Below, one piece after another: positions 1-7,143 of a DNA stretch of 34,968 bases. A model generated the notes under the pieces. The model saw only the letters and a list, made by a program, of their open reading frames with translations. It did not search any database and had not been told where the DNA came from. Positions within the stretch are counted from its first letter, which is position 1; each line of letters begins with the position of its first letter. The position numbers were made by a program, and so were the translations under genes. The DNA comes from Actinomycetota bacterium (GTDB taxonomy: Bacteria; Actinomycetota; Geothermincolia; Fen-727; Anoxymicrobiaceae): positions 1-34,968 of the forward strand of contig JAHIMR010000054.1 in the NCBI GenBank assembly GCA_018896525.1, read 5' to 3'.

Positions 1-134
1 CGGGACGGTCCGAAGTCACGCCTGTGGAGATTCGGGTGACCTGACTGAGCGATTGGTCGGGGTGACCGGGTCGTTGAAGCAGGAAAAGTTCCCTTCTTCA
101 AAGTAGGGAAGCCCCTTCCGTAAGGGAGGGGTAG

Positions 135-356
135 TTCACGCATTCCTGGAAGTCATACACGTCGAAAGAAGTAAACAAAATCCTCGGCCGCAATGGTCAG
201 TTCTGGCAAAGGGAATACTACGACCACTTGATACGTAACGAGGAAGAGTACTTCGCTTGTATCGAATACACTTTGAACAATCCGGTCAGTGCGGGTCTTT
301 GTGTTACCTGGGAAGAGTGGCCCTGGGTCGGTATTGGCAACCTTGAGATCAGGTAA
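135..356 (+). mobile_element. IS200/IS605-family (RAYT-like) Y1 tyrosine transposase, C-terminal fragment. It is 5'-truncated or frameshifted and probably non-functional.
   Basis: The frame-0 translation 135..356 reads ...SWKSYTSKEVNKILGRNGQFWQREYYDHLIRNEEEYFACIEYTLNNPV...*. This resembles the conserved C-terminal WQRxYYDHxIR(D/N)E....I..Y...NP block of TnpA(IS200)/RAYT proteins. An in-frame stop lies at 132, and the upstream sequence reads in a different frame. The HuH motif is not recoverable in one frame. A REP-like repeat lies immediately downstream at 366-380. Confidence 0.5.
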
Positions 357-365
357 CAGACGGTA

Positions 366-380
366 GGATGCCGGCGCTAC
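366..380. repeat. Partial REP-like element, a half copy: GGATGCCGGCGCTAC.
   Basis: It matches the 3' half of the dispersed consensus ...GCCGGCAAGATGCCGGCGCTAC. It lies 10 bp after the stop of the transposase fragment. Confidence 0.5.
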
Positions 381-491
381 GGTGTTCAGGTTTCATAGTA
401 ATAACGGGGGTTGCGGGAGGGAAGTCGTTGATTTCCGTAGAAGTGAAGGATATCCGATAGTCGTTGTGTTGCAGGATGAAAAGGAACTCAC

Positions 492-752
492 ATGGGCTTG
501 CTGGCATGGATCGTGCTCGGTGGTGTCGCGGGGTGGCTCGCCAGCCTGGTCGTAGGGGTCGGTGCCAGGATGGGCTGCCTGTTGAACATAGTCGCGGGAG
601 TGGTCGGCGCGGTCATCGGAGGGGTGATGTTCAACGCGCTTGGCTCCCGGGGGATCACCGGCTTCACCTGGTGGAGCCTCTTTGTGGCGTTCGTCGGAGC
701 GGTGATCCTGCTTGCTCTCCTCAGGCTGGTAGCGTTAATAATGAAAGATTAG
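492..752 (+). CDS. GlsB/YeaQ/YmgE-family small membrane protein (transglycosylase-associated protein family)
   Basis: The product is 86 aa, MGLLAWIVLGGVAGWLASLVVG...NIVAGVVGAVIGGVMFNALG..., with two or three TM helices. It matches the typical GlsB/YmgE pattern (Pfam Transgly_assoc, from memory). The start is an ATG at 492. An AAGGAA RBS lies upstream. Confidence 0.75.
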   Translation: MGLLAWIVLGGVAGWLASLVVGVGARMGCLLNIVAGVVGAVIGGVMFNALGSRGITGFTWWSLFVAFVGAVILLALLRLVALIMKD

Positions 753-811
753 GCCTCTCCGTTCTTGAGTGTGGCCTTCAATCCTCATCTCCGGGCTCTA
801 GCCCACATCCG

Positions 812-1024
812 GGGAACGGTTGCCGGCAAGATGCCGGCGCTACAGGGAACGAGGGATGCCGGCAAGATGCCGGCGCTACAGGGAACGAGGGATGCCGGCA
901 AGATGCCGGCGCTACAGGGAACGAGGGATGCCGGCAAGGTGCCGGCGCTACAGGGAACGAGGGATGCCGGCAAGGTGCCGGCGCTACAGGGAACGGGGGA
1001 AGCCGGCAAGGTGCCGGCGCTACA
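812..1024. repeat. Tandem array of 6 REP-like units with 36-bp period. The unit is GGGAACGAGGGATGCCGGCAAGATGCCGGCGCTACA.
   Basis: Six head-to-tail copies are visible directly. The first is 33 bp and the others are 36 bp. Each unit contains the hairpin GCCGGCA-AGA-TGCCGGC. On the bottom strand each unit starts with GTAGCGCCGGC, the GTAG hallmark of REP elements. No unique spacers are present, so this is not a CRISPR array. The array lies 8 bp from the stop codon of the convergent subtilase gene. Confidence 0.85.
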
Positions 1025-1032
1025 AGAAGGGG

Positions 1033-4000
1033 TCAGTCGCTGTACCCCCCTATGGTATCGGTCCCCGCTCCCCGCTCGTTCCAGTACATGGCCCTCTCCA
1101 CCATTATCTTGCTTCCAGCGGTCTTGGAGGTGACCAGAACCGCGGCCCTTCCCTGTATCCCGGCGTCGGCCATGAAGTACGTCTTGCGGGAGTTGCTCCC
1201 CACCGTATCGGTGAAGGTTGCGTTCCCCGTCCCGTCGGGGGTGAGGTAGGAGATCTCTACCGTGACGTCTGTCGCGTTGGGGTTGGCTACCAGGGTGTAG
1301 GTCTCCCTGCCGTTTGAGGTCTCACCGTCAGGGAGGTAGAAGGTGGTGTGGGGGGCGGATAACCCGATAGAGTCGTGGCACGCCTCTCCGGTTCCGTTGT
1401 CCCAGTACATGGCCCTCTCGGCGATGATGGGCTGGGAGCCGTGGACCTGGGTGGAGAAGTCGCTTGCGGGGAGCACGTCGTTCACCCTTATGGTCTTCCT
1501 CGAGTTGGCAGGCATGGTGAACGGTGCCTGGGGCACCGCTCCTGATGATGTCATGTAGGTGACGGTGACGTCGGTGTCGGTGTCGTTGGGGTTCTGCACC
1601 AGCACGTAGGTGGTGAACCCCCAGTCGGTGGTGCCCTCGGCCAGGTAGTAGTTCTCCGCCGGGGAGGTGGTCCCGATGGAGTCATGTCCCTCCCGCTTGT
1701 TGTTCCGGTACATGGCCCTCTCCGGGATTACCGGGATGTCGGCCACCACCTTGAGGGATGCGTCGGCCTCCCCTATGTCGTTCGCCATGCTGTAGGTCTT
1801 GCGGGACTGTGCCGGTATCTTCTTCTCGAACGTCACCGGGTCCGCATCCTTCATCATGTAGGTGACCTGGGCGGTTGCCTCGGTGTTGTTGGGGTTCTGT
1901 ATGAGGAGCCAGCACTCGAACCCCCAGGCGGAGGAGCCCTCGGGTAGGTACCATGTGGTGGCGGGGGATGTCACCCCCACCGAGCAGTGTCCGTCGGGGG
2001 AGGGGGCACCGGATCCGGTCCAGGTCATGGTGCGGTCCACCGCTATTGATTTGCCCTCTTTGCACTCCACGTGAGCGGAGAAGTCCTTGTCTCCCAGGAT
2101 GCCTCTCGGGTTTACCGTGGCCTGGCTCATTGCGGGGAGGTCTATGTCCCCACCGGGCATAGCGCCCGCGTCTGTCATGTAGGTGACGGTGGCGCTTACC
2201 GCCTCGTTGTTGGGGTTCTGAATCGTCACGTAGGTGGAGAACCCCCAGTCGGTGGAGCCCTCGGCCAGGTACCAGATGGGGGTTGTTGCCTCGCTGACCG
2301 TAAAGGCGCCGGCCAGTTCCCTGCTCTTGCCGTCGGTGTTCTCCACCTTGACCGCGTACGTGCCCGCCGCAGCCCCGTTGAGGTCGAAGGAGCAGGTTAT
2401 CTTCTTGCTTGATGCCACGTTCACGCCGGTTGCGTTTATGGTGCCTGCTCCCGTCTCCCCTGAGCCGGAGGGGCCGGCGAGTTGAACGGTCGCCCCGTTC
2501 CGGAAGCCGGTGCCAGCGAGGTTGGTGATGGAGACCGTTCCATCGTTAGTCGCGCCAGGGGGGATAATGCCAGTGACCGTGGGTGCGGGGTAGTCCACGG
2601 TAAACTCAACCCCGTTGCTGGTGCCGTTCGATGTGGTGACTCTTACCGGACCGTCAGTCGTGCCGGCGGGCACAGTACAAATCACCTCGGTATCCGACCA
2701 CGACTCGTAGGCGGTCACGGCCGTACCGTTGAACGTCACCTGCGACGTCCCCTTGGAAAACCCGAAGTCCGACCCCGAGATCGTCACCTGGGCACCCGGT
2801 TGGGCTATGCATGGTGCTACCTGGTCAATATGCGGAGTTGAGGAAATATCGCTCAACGCACGGCAGGCATCCACCCTGCCGTGCCCGAAGTAATCATCCC
2901 GCCCCGGGTCCCCCAGGTCCTCCGCGTTGTCCTCGATTACCTGCTCCACCTGCGAAGCGGTAAGCGATGGGTCGAAAGAAAAGATAAGGGCCGCGGTCCC
3001 GGCAACCATCGGTGTCGCGGCGGATGTGCCGGAGCCGTAACCGTAACCCCCGGACTTGGTAGTGGAGTACACGTACCACCCCGGGGCGGTGACATCGACG
3101 CTCGCGTTATGGTTGGAGAACGAGGCCTTCTCGTCCAGGTTGTTGGTGGCACCCGCGCCTATGACATTCTCGCAGTTTGCGGGATAGTACGTTGTTTCGT
3201 CCCCGTCGTTTCCAGCCGCCGCGACCAGCACCACGCCCTGCCCGTGAGCGTAGTCTATCGCGTCCTGCTCCGTGCTCGACTCGAACGGGCTGCCCAGGCT
3301 CATGCTTATAACCCTCGCCCCGTTGTCGGCGGCGTAGTATATCGCCTCGATGATCTCGTCGGTTGCCAGAACCCCGCTGGGCACGCCGCTACCGTCCAGC
3401 ACCTTCAACGGCATTATCCTCGCGCCCGGGGAGACGCCGGCGATACCCTGGCTGTCGCTCTCGGCGCCGGCTATCCCGCTTACGTACGTCCCGTGGCCGT
3501 TATCGTCCCTGGGATTCGAGTTGGGGTTGGTCTTGAAGTAATAATCGTCGGAGCCGCTGCCGTTCCACGTCCCACCGTCCCAGTGATGCTGCTGGCCCTC
3601 GTCGTAAACGTCACCGTTCTCAGCTCCCCGGTTCTCGTAGAGCATGTAATGGTTCGCCGGGTCCTGGTTGTCAGTTTCAATCACCAGGTAGTAGTTCGTC
3701 CCCGACCCCAGCGGTACCGGAGAGGACAGCGGTTCGTAGACTACGTACATGAACGAACCTAACTCAGCCGGGCTGACGGTGTACGAGGATATGTCCGCCC
3801 CGTAGAGGTCATCCCTTACCGAGATCTTGATCTCCCCCGCCGGATCGCCTACCTTGTCCAGGAGGATCCCTACGTGGGTAAGCTCGCAGCCGGCCCCGGT
3901 TATCGACTGGGCAACCGTCCGGGTTGCGGCGCTATCGCCGAAGGGGCGCGACATGAACACCGGCATCCCGCCCGAAAGGTAGTAGAAGACCTTCTGCGAA

Positions 4001-4665
4001 ATGCCGACGAAATTGTATCCACCTACATCGTCCACGTATCCGTTGATATCATCGTCAATGCCGTTGCCGGGAATCTCCCCCGGGTTCACCCATGTCTTCG
4101 ATTCCAGGTCCGGGTGGTCGAAGTCTATCCCGGAGTCCAGCACCGCCACCGTTATCTCGTTGGTCTGCCCGTCCTCGATATCCCAGGCGCTCACCGCGTG
4201 GATGTCCGCCCCCGGGGTTCCATCGACACCTCCGATGTTCTGGCCGGTGTTGTGAAGGCCCCACTGGTTGGGGAAGCCGGGGTCTGGTGGGGTGTACATG
4301 GCCCGCCTGAGAAAGTTAGGCTCGGCGCTGATAACCGCGTCGCTCGCCTCAAGCAAACGGACGGCCTCATCGATTTCCACGCCCGTCCGGAGATTGATAA
4401 GCCGGGTGTGCCTGTTCCCGGCAGGACCTATCTCCTTTAGCGTCGCCCTCGCGCCCGCCTCCCTCGTGATGCGACCTCTTTCGGTCGCGCTGATGCCGTC
4501 TCTGAACCGCACCAGCACCTCCCCCTGCCTGCGTGAGACGGAGATGCTACGCTCGCATGCCGTCCCTGCGCTCACCACGGCCGGGGCCGCCGCCGATAAC
4601 GCCGCCGCCGCAACCATTGCCGCAACGGTTATCAGGGCCGCGACAGTTGCTCTTAAACGCGACAT
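1033..4665 (-). CDS. Secreted multidomain subtilisin-like serine peptidase (S8 family) with an N-terminal I9-like propeptide, a large insertion between the catalytic Asp and His, IPT/TIG-like Ig domains, and a C-terminal module of 4-5 tandem ~110-aa repeats of unknown family
   Basis: The signal peptide is MSRLRATVAALITVAAMVAAAALSAAAPAVVSA. The catalytic triad motifs are VAVLDSGID (Asp), DDNGHGTYVSG (His) and GTSAATPMVAG (Ser). An IPT-like domain reads VTISGSDFG...VTFNGTAVTAYESWSDTEVICTVP. The C-terminal repeats read WYLAEGSTDWGFSTYVTIQNPN...VTYMT...DFSAHVE...IAVDRTMTW, and the last one ends ...ERAMYWNERGAGTDTIGGYSD. The long ORF 1033..4716 starts at TTG. The first ATG, at 4665, gives a standard signal peptide. 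Confidence 0.85.
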   Translation of the reverse strand: MSRLRATVAALITVAAMVAAAALSAAAPAVVSAGTACERSISVSRRQGEVLVRFRDGISATERGRITREAGARATLKEIGPAGNRHTRLINLRTGVEIDEAVRLLEASDAVISAEPNFLRRAMYTPPDPGFPNQWGLHNTGQNIGGVDGTPGADIHAVSAWDIEDGQTNEITVAVLDSGIDFDHPDLESKTWVNPGEIPGNGIDDDINGYVDDVGGYNFVGISQKVFYYLSGGMPVFMSRPFGDSAATRTVAQSITGAGCELTHVGILLDKVGDPAGEIKISVRDDLYGADISSYTVSPAELGSFMYVVYEPLSSPVPLGSGTNYYLVIETDNQDPANHYMLYENRGAENGDVYDEGQQHHWDGGTWNGSGSDDYYFKTNPNSNPRDDNGHGTYVSGIAGAESDSQGIAGVSPGARIMPLKVLDGSGVPSGVLATDEIIEAIYYAADNGARVISMSLGSPFESSTEQDAIDYAHGQGVVLVAAAGNDGDETTYYPANCENVIGAGATNNLDEKASFSNHNASVDVTAPGWYVYSTTKSGGYGYGSGTSAATPMVAGTAALIFSFDPSLTASQVEQVIEDNAEDLGDPGRDDYFGHGRVDACRALSDISSTPHIDQVAPCIAQPGAQVTISGSDFGFSKGTSQVTFNGTAVTAYESWSDTEVICTVPAGTTDGPVRVTTSNGTSNGVEFTVDYPAPTVTGIIPPGATNDGTVSITNLAGTGFRNGATVQLAGPSGSGETGAGTINATGVNVASSKKITCSFDLNGAAAGTYAVKVENTDGKSRELAGAFTVSEATTPIWYLAEGSTDWGFSTYVTIQNPNNEAVSATVTYMTDAGAMPGGDIDLPAMSQATVNPRGILGDKDFSAHVECKEGKSIAVDRTMTWTGSGAPSPDGHCSVGVTSPATTWYLPEGSSAWGFECWLLIQNPNNTEATAQVTYMMKDADPVTFEKKIPAQSRKTYSMANDIGEADASLKVVADIPVIPERAMYRNNKREGHDSIGTTSPAENYYLAEGTTDWGFTTYVLVQNPNDTDTDVTVTYMTSSGAVPQAPFTMPANSRKTIRVNDVLPASDFSTQVHGSQPIIAERAMYWDNGTGEACHDSIGLSAPHTTFYLPDGETSNGRETYTLVANPNATDVTVEISYLTPDGTGNATFTDTVGSNSRKTYFMADAGIQGRAAVLVTSKTAGSKIMVERAMYWNERGAGTDTIGGYSD

Positions 4666-4886
4666 CCTTATACTAACCTGATCCTTCGCTTGTCCATCCG
4701 CCACCAGGGCTTTCAACCCACTTCAACTCGTATAACGTATAACGCAACAAGAACCTTACAAGATACCTGGATAATCACCGGATAAGCGGGCGCCGGTTAT
4801 AATAGTCACGTCCGGTTACGTTCCTTGCACGGCAGGTTGACCGGCCCGGTGGTCAACCCCGTGCCCGCGACAAGGAGGCTTTCAAG

Positions 4887-6479
4887 GTGGCCGATGCACA
4901 GACGTCCGACCGGTTGGCTGACTATCTATCACTTGCCGCCCGGGACGTCCCCGAGAGGCCCGCTCTCATCTGTGGGGACATCCGGCTCTCCTACCGGGAG
5001 TACGCGGAGCAGGTTTCCCTGTTCGCCCGCGCCCTCCTGGCGCTGGGCCTCTCGCCGGGTGACAGGATCGCGCTGATGATGGACAACCAGGTCGAGCACC
5101 CGATAGCTTTCCTGGCGGCGGAGATGATAGGCGTTACGTCGGTGCTGATAAATAACCGCCTCCAGGCCGGAGAGTCGGCGTTCATCATCGATGACTCGGA
5201 GCCCCGCCTCATGGTGGTGGGAGAGAGGTTCGTTTCCGGCGAGGGCGCAGTCGAGATGCAGGAGATGCTCTCATCGCGGTTCGGCCCCGGCGCTGTGGTG
5301 GTGGCGGGTGGGCCCCCCGAAGGCGAAGCGTTCACCTCCTTCGATTCGGTGGCCCTCAGGGCGGCCGAGGCAGGCCCGGAGGACCTCCATGCGGCGGCTT
5401 CGGCCACGGGGCCGGACACACCGGTAGCGGTTATCTACACCTCGGGAACCACCGGCACTCCCAAGGGAGCCGTGCTCACCGAGCGCAACATCGTGTTCAA
5501 CCTTACCAGCTGGAGGGGGCGCCTGCCCGAGGGAAGGGACGCGGAGGTGGTTGCGGTGTTCTTCCCCCTGTTCCACTCAGGGGGCATGATAGGAGGCATC
5601 TGCGGGTCGGTGGTAAACCGGTTTACGGTGGTACTCGCCGACTTTGACATCGAGGACAGCCTCCGGCTGATAAGCGAGCACGATGTTACGGTTATGGGGG
5701 CGGTGGCCGCGATGACCGCGCTCCAGCTCAACCATCCCCGCTTCGATGAGTACGACTACTCCTCGCTGGAGTACCTCATCATGGGCGCGGGGCCGTGTCC
5801 CCCTGACATCCTCCGGGAGGTCAACAGCAGGATGGAGGCTGACGTCATCATCGGGTACGGGCTCACCGAGGGCACCATGGGGAACCTGATCACCACCCTC
5901 AAGGACGACACCGAGGAGCACAAGCTGAACACCATCGGGGTCCCCCTTCCCGGCGTCAAGGTAAAGCTCACGGACGGGAACCGGGAGGAGGTGCCCGACG
6001 GCATCGTGGGAGAGATAGCGGTTGGTGGGCCGACGGTCTTCGCCGGTTACCTCAACCGCCCGGACGCCACCAGGGACGCGGTAGACGACGAGGGCTGGCT
6101 GTACACCGGCGACCTGGCGACCCGTGACTCCGACGGCTACTACCGCATCGTGGGCCGCACCTCCGAGATGTACATCAGGGGCGGGGAGAACGTCTACCCA
6201 CGTGAGGTCGAGGAGGTCCTGTGCGAGCATCCCGAAATACTCCTTGCCGCTGTCCTGGGTATCCCCGACAGCGTCATGGGGGAGTCCGGCCGCGCCTACA
6301 TCCTGAAGGTGCCGACCTCGGAACTGACGGAGGAGAATGTCAAGGTGTACTGCGCCGAGCGCCTGGCGGGCTTCAAGGTCCCGAAACAGGTGGTGTTCAG
6401 GGAGATGCTGCCGCTCACACCGGTCGGCAAGGTCCTCAAGAAGGTGCTTGCCGAGGAGATAGAAAAGGAGTTCGAGTAA
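4887..6479 (+). CDS. AMP-dependent acyl-CoA synthetase/ligase (FadD-like fatty-acid--CoA ligase)
   Basis: The AMP-binding motif is IYTSGTTGTPKGAVLTERN. The second motif is YTGDLATRDSDGYYRIVGRTSEM. The C-terminal lysine lies in PLTPVGKVLKK. The start is a GTG at 4887, with an AAGGAGG RBS 8 nt upstream. Confidence 0.9.
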   Translation: MADAQTSDRLADYLSLAARDVPERPALICGDIRLSYREYAEQVSLFARALLALGLSPGDRIALMMDNQVEHPIAFLAAEMIGVTSVLINNRLQAGESAFIIDDSEPRLMVVGERFVSGEGAVEMQEMLSSRFGPGAVVVAGGPPEGEAFTSFDSVALRAAEAGPEDLHAAASATGPDTPVAVIYTSGTTGTPKGAVLTERNIVFNLTSWRGRLPEGRDAEVVAVFFPLFHSGGMIGGICGSVVNRFTVVLADFDIEDSLRLISEHDVTVMGAVAAMTALQLNHPRFDEYDYSSLEYLIMGAGPCPPDILREVNSRMEADVIIGYGLTEGTMGNLITTLKDDTEEHKLNTIGVPLPGVKVKLTDGNREEVPDGIVGEIAVGGPTVFAGYLNRPDATRDAVDDEGWLYTGDLATRDSDGYYRIVGRTSEMYIRGGENVYPREVEEVLCEHPEILLAAVLGIPDSVMGESGRAYILKVPTSELTEENVKVYCAERLAGFKVPKQVVFREMLPLTPVGKVLKKVLAEEIEKEFE

Positions 6480-6498
6480 GAGGAAAACGGCCGAGACA

Positions 6499-6523
6499 GA
6501 AGCCGGCAAGATGCCGGCGCTAC
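6499..6523. repeat. REP-like element, single copy (GAAGCCGGCAAGATGCCGGCGCTAC)
   Basis: It matches the dispersed consensus exactly. It lies in the 54-bp spacer between the acyl-CoA synthetase and gamma-CA-like genes. Confidence 0.7.
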
Positions 6524-6533
6524 GGGAGGAACG

Positions 6534-7076
6534 ATGGGCATCTTTGAGTTCGAGGGAAGGAAGCCGCTGGTGCCGGAGTCCTGTTACATAGACAGCACCG
6601 CCACCGTCATCGGCCTGGTGGAGATGGGCGAGGAGTGCTTCATAGGGCCCGGCGCCCGACTCAAGGGTGATTATGGCCGCATCGTGATAGGCGACTGCTC
6701 AAACGTGCAGGAGAACTGTGTCATTCACGCCCGGCCGGACTGTGAAGCGGTCATTGGCTCGAGGGTTACGGTGGGCCACGGGGCAATCCTCCACGGCCCC
6801 ACCATCGGCGATAACACGGTGATAGGCATGGGCGCGATCATCCCCGACTTCGTGGACATCGGCGAGAACTGCATCGTGGCGGAGGGTACGGTACTGACCA
6901 ACGGTACGGTCATTCCGCCCGGGAGTGTGGTCATGGGAATCCCCGGAAAGGTAAGAAACGAGCTTACCCCCGAGATGGCGATGTACCCGAAGATGGCCTC
7001 CGACGTCTACCGCGACATGGCGCACCGGTACAAAGAGAACATAAGGGAGATAACCCGTCGGGAGGCGTCGGAATGA
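6534..7076 (+). CDS. Gamma-class carbonic anhydrase family / hexapeptide-repeat (LbH) protein (PaaY/CaiE/YrdA-like)
   Basis: The 180-aa product has the gamma-CA-like N-terminus MGIFEFEGRKPLVPESCYIDSTATVIG. It also has repeated [LIV]G..x..x hexapeptide turns (IGDCSNVQENCVIHA, GHGAILHGPTIGDNTVIGMGAIIPD). A GGGAGGA RBS lies upstream. Confidence 0.85.
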   Translation: MGIFEFEGRKPLVPESCYIDSTATVIGLVEMGEECFIGPGARLKGDYGRIVIGDCSNVQENCVIHARPDCEAVIGSRVTVGHGAILHGPTIGDNTVIGMGAIIPDFVDIGENCIVAEGTVLTNGTVIPPGSVVMGIPGKVRNELTPEMAMYPKMASDVYRDMAHRYKENIREITRREASE

Positions 7077-7077
7077 C

Positions 7078-7125
7078 ACCCTGGTGCCAGGCACCAGGGT
7101 GTCATTTTGTTGTGTTTGTTGTGTG
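7078..7125 (+). terminator. Intrinsic (rho-independent) terminator of the fadD-like/gamma-CA transcription unit
   Basis: The inverted repeat TGACACCCTGGTGCC-A-GGCACCAGGGTGTCA is near-perfect, with ~15-bp arms. It starts 2 bp after the stop codon. The T-rich tract TTTTGTTGTGTTTGTTGTGTGTTGTGG follows. Confidence 0.7.
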
Positions 7126-7143
7126 TTGTGGCATATGTGGCGG

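Noticed and set aside
1-134. Possible tRNA or ncRNA at the left edge
   Set aside because: No cloverleaf-compatible stems or conserved tRNA boxes were recognisable by eye. The region is better explained as a decayed 5' part of the transposase fragment.
812-1024. Possible CRISPR array, from the regular 36-bp repeats
   Set aside because: The units are directly abutting, with no unique spacers between them. The same motif recurs singly elsewhere, and no cas genes are present. It is a tandem REP-like array.
464-1317. Plus- and minus-strand ORFs 464..1249, 765..1133, 820..1317 and 785..1009 (-), which contain repetitive peptides such as MPARCRRYRERG
   Set aside because: They are produced by reading through the 36-bp tandem repeat (a 12-aa periodic translation). 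They overlap the real GlsB gene and the 3' end of the subtilase gene. No RBS is present and there is no sensible domain content.
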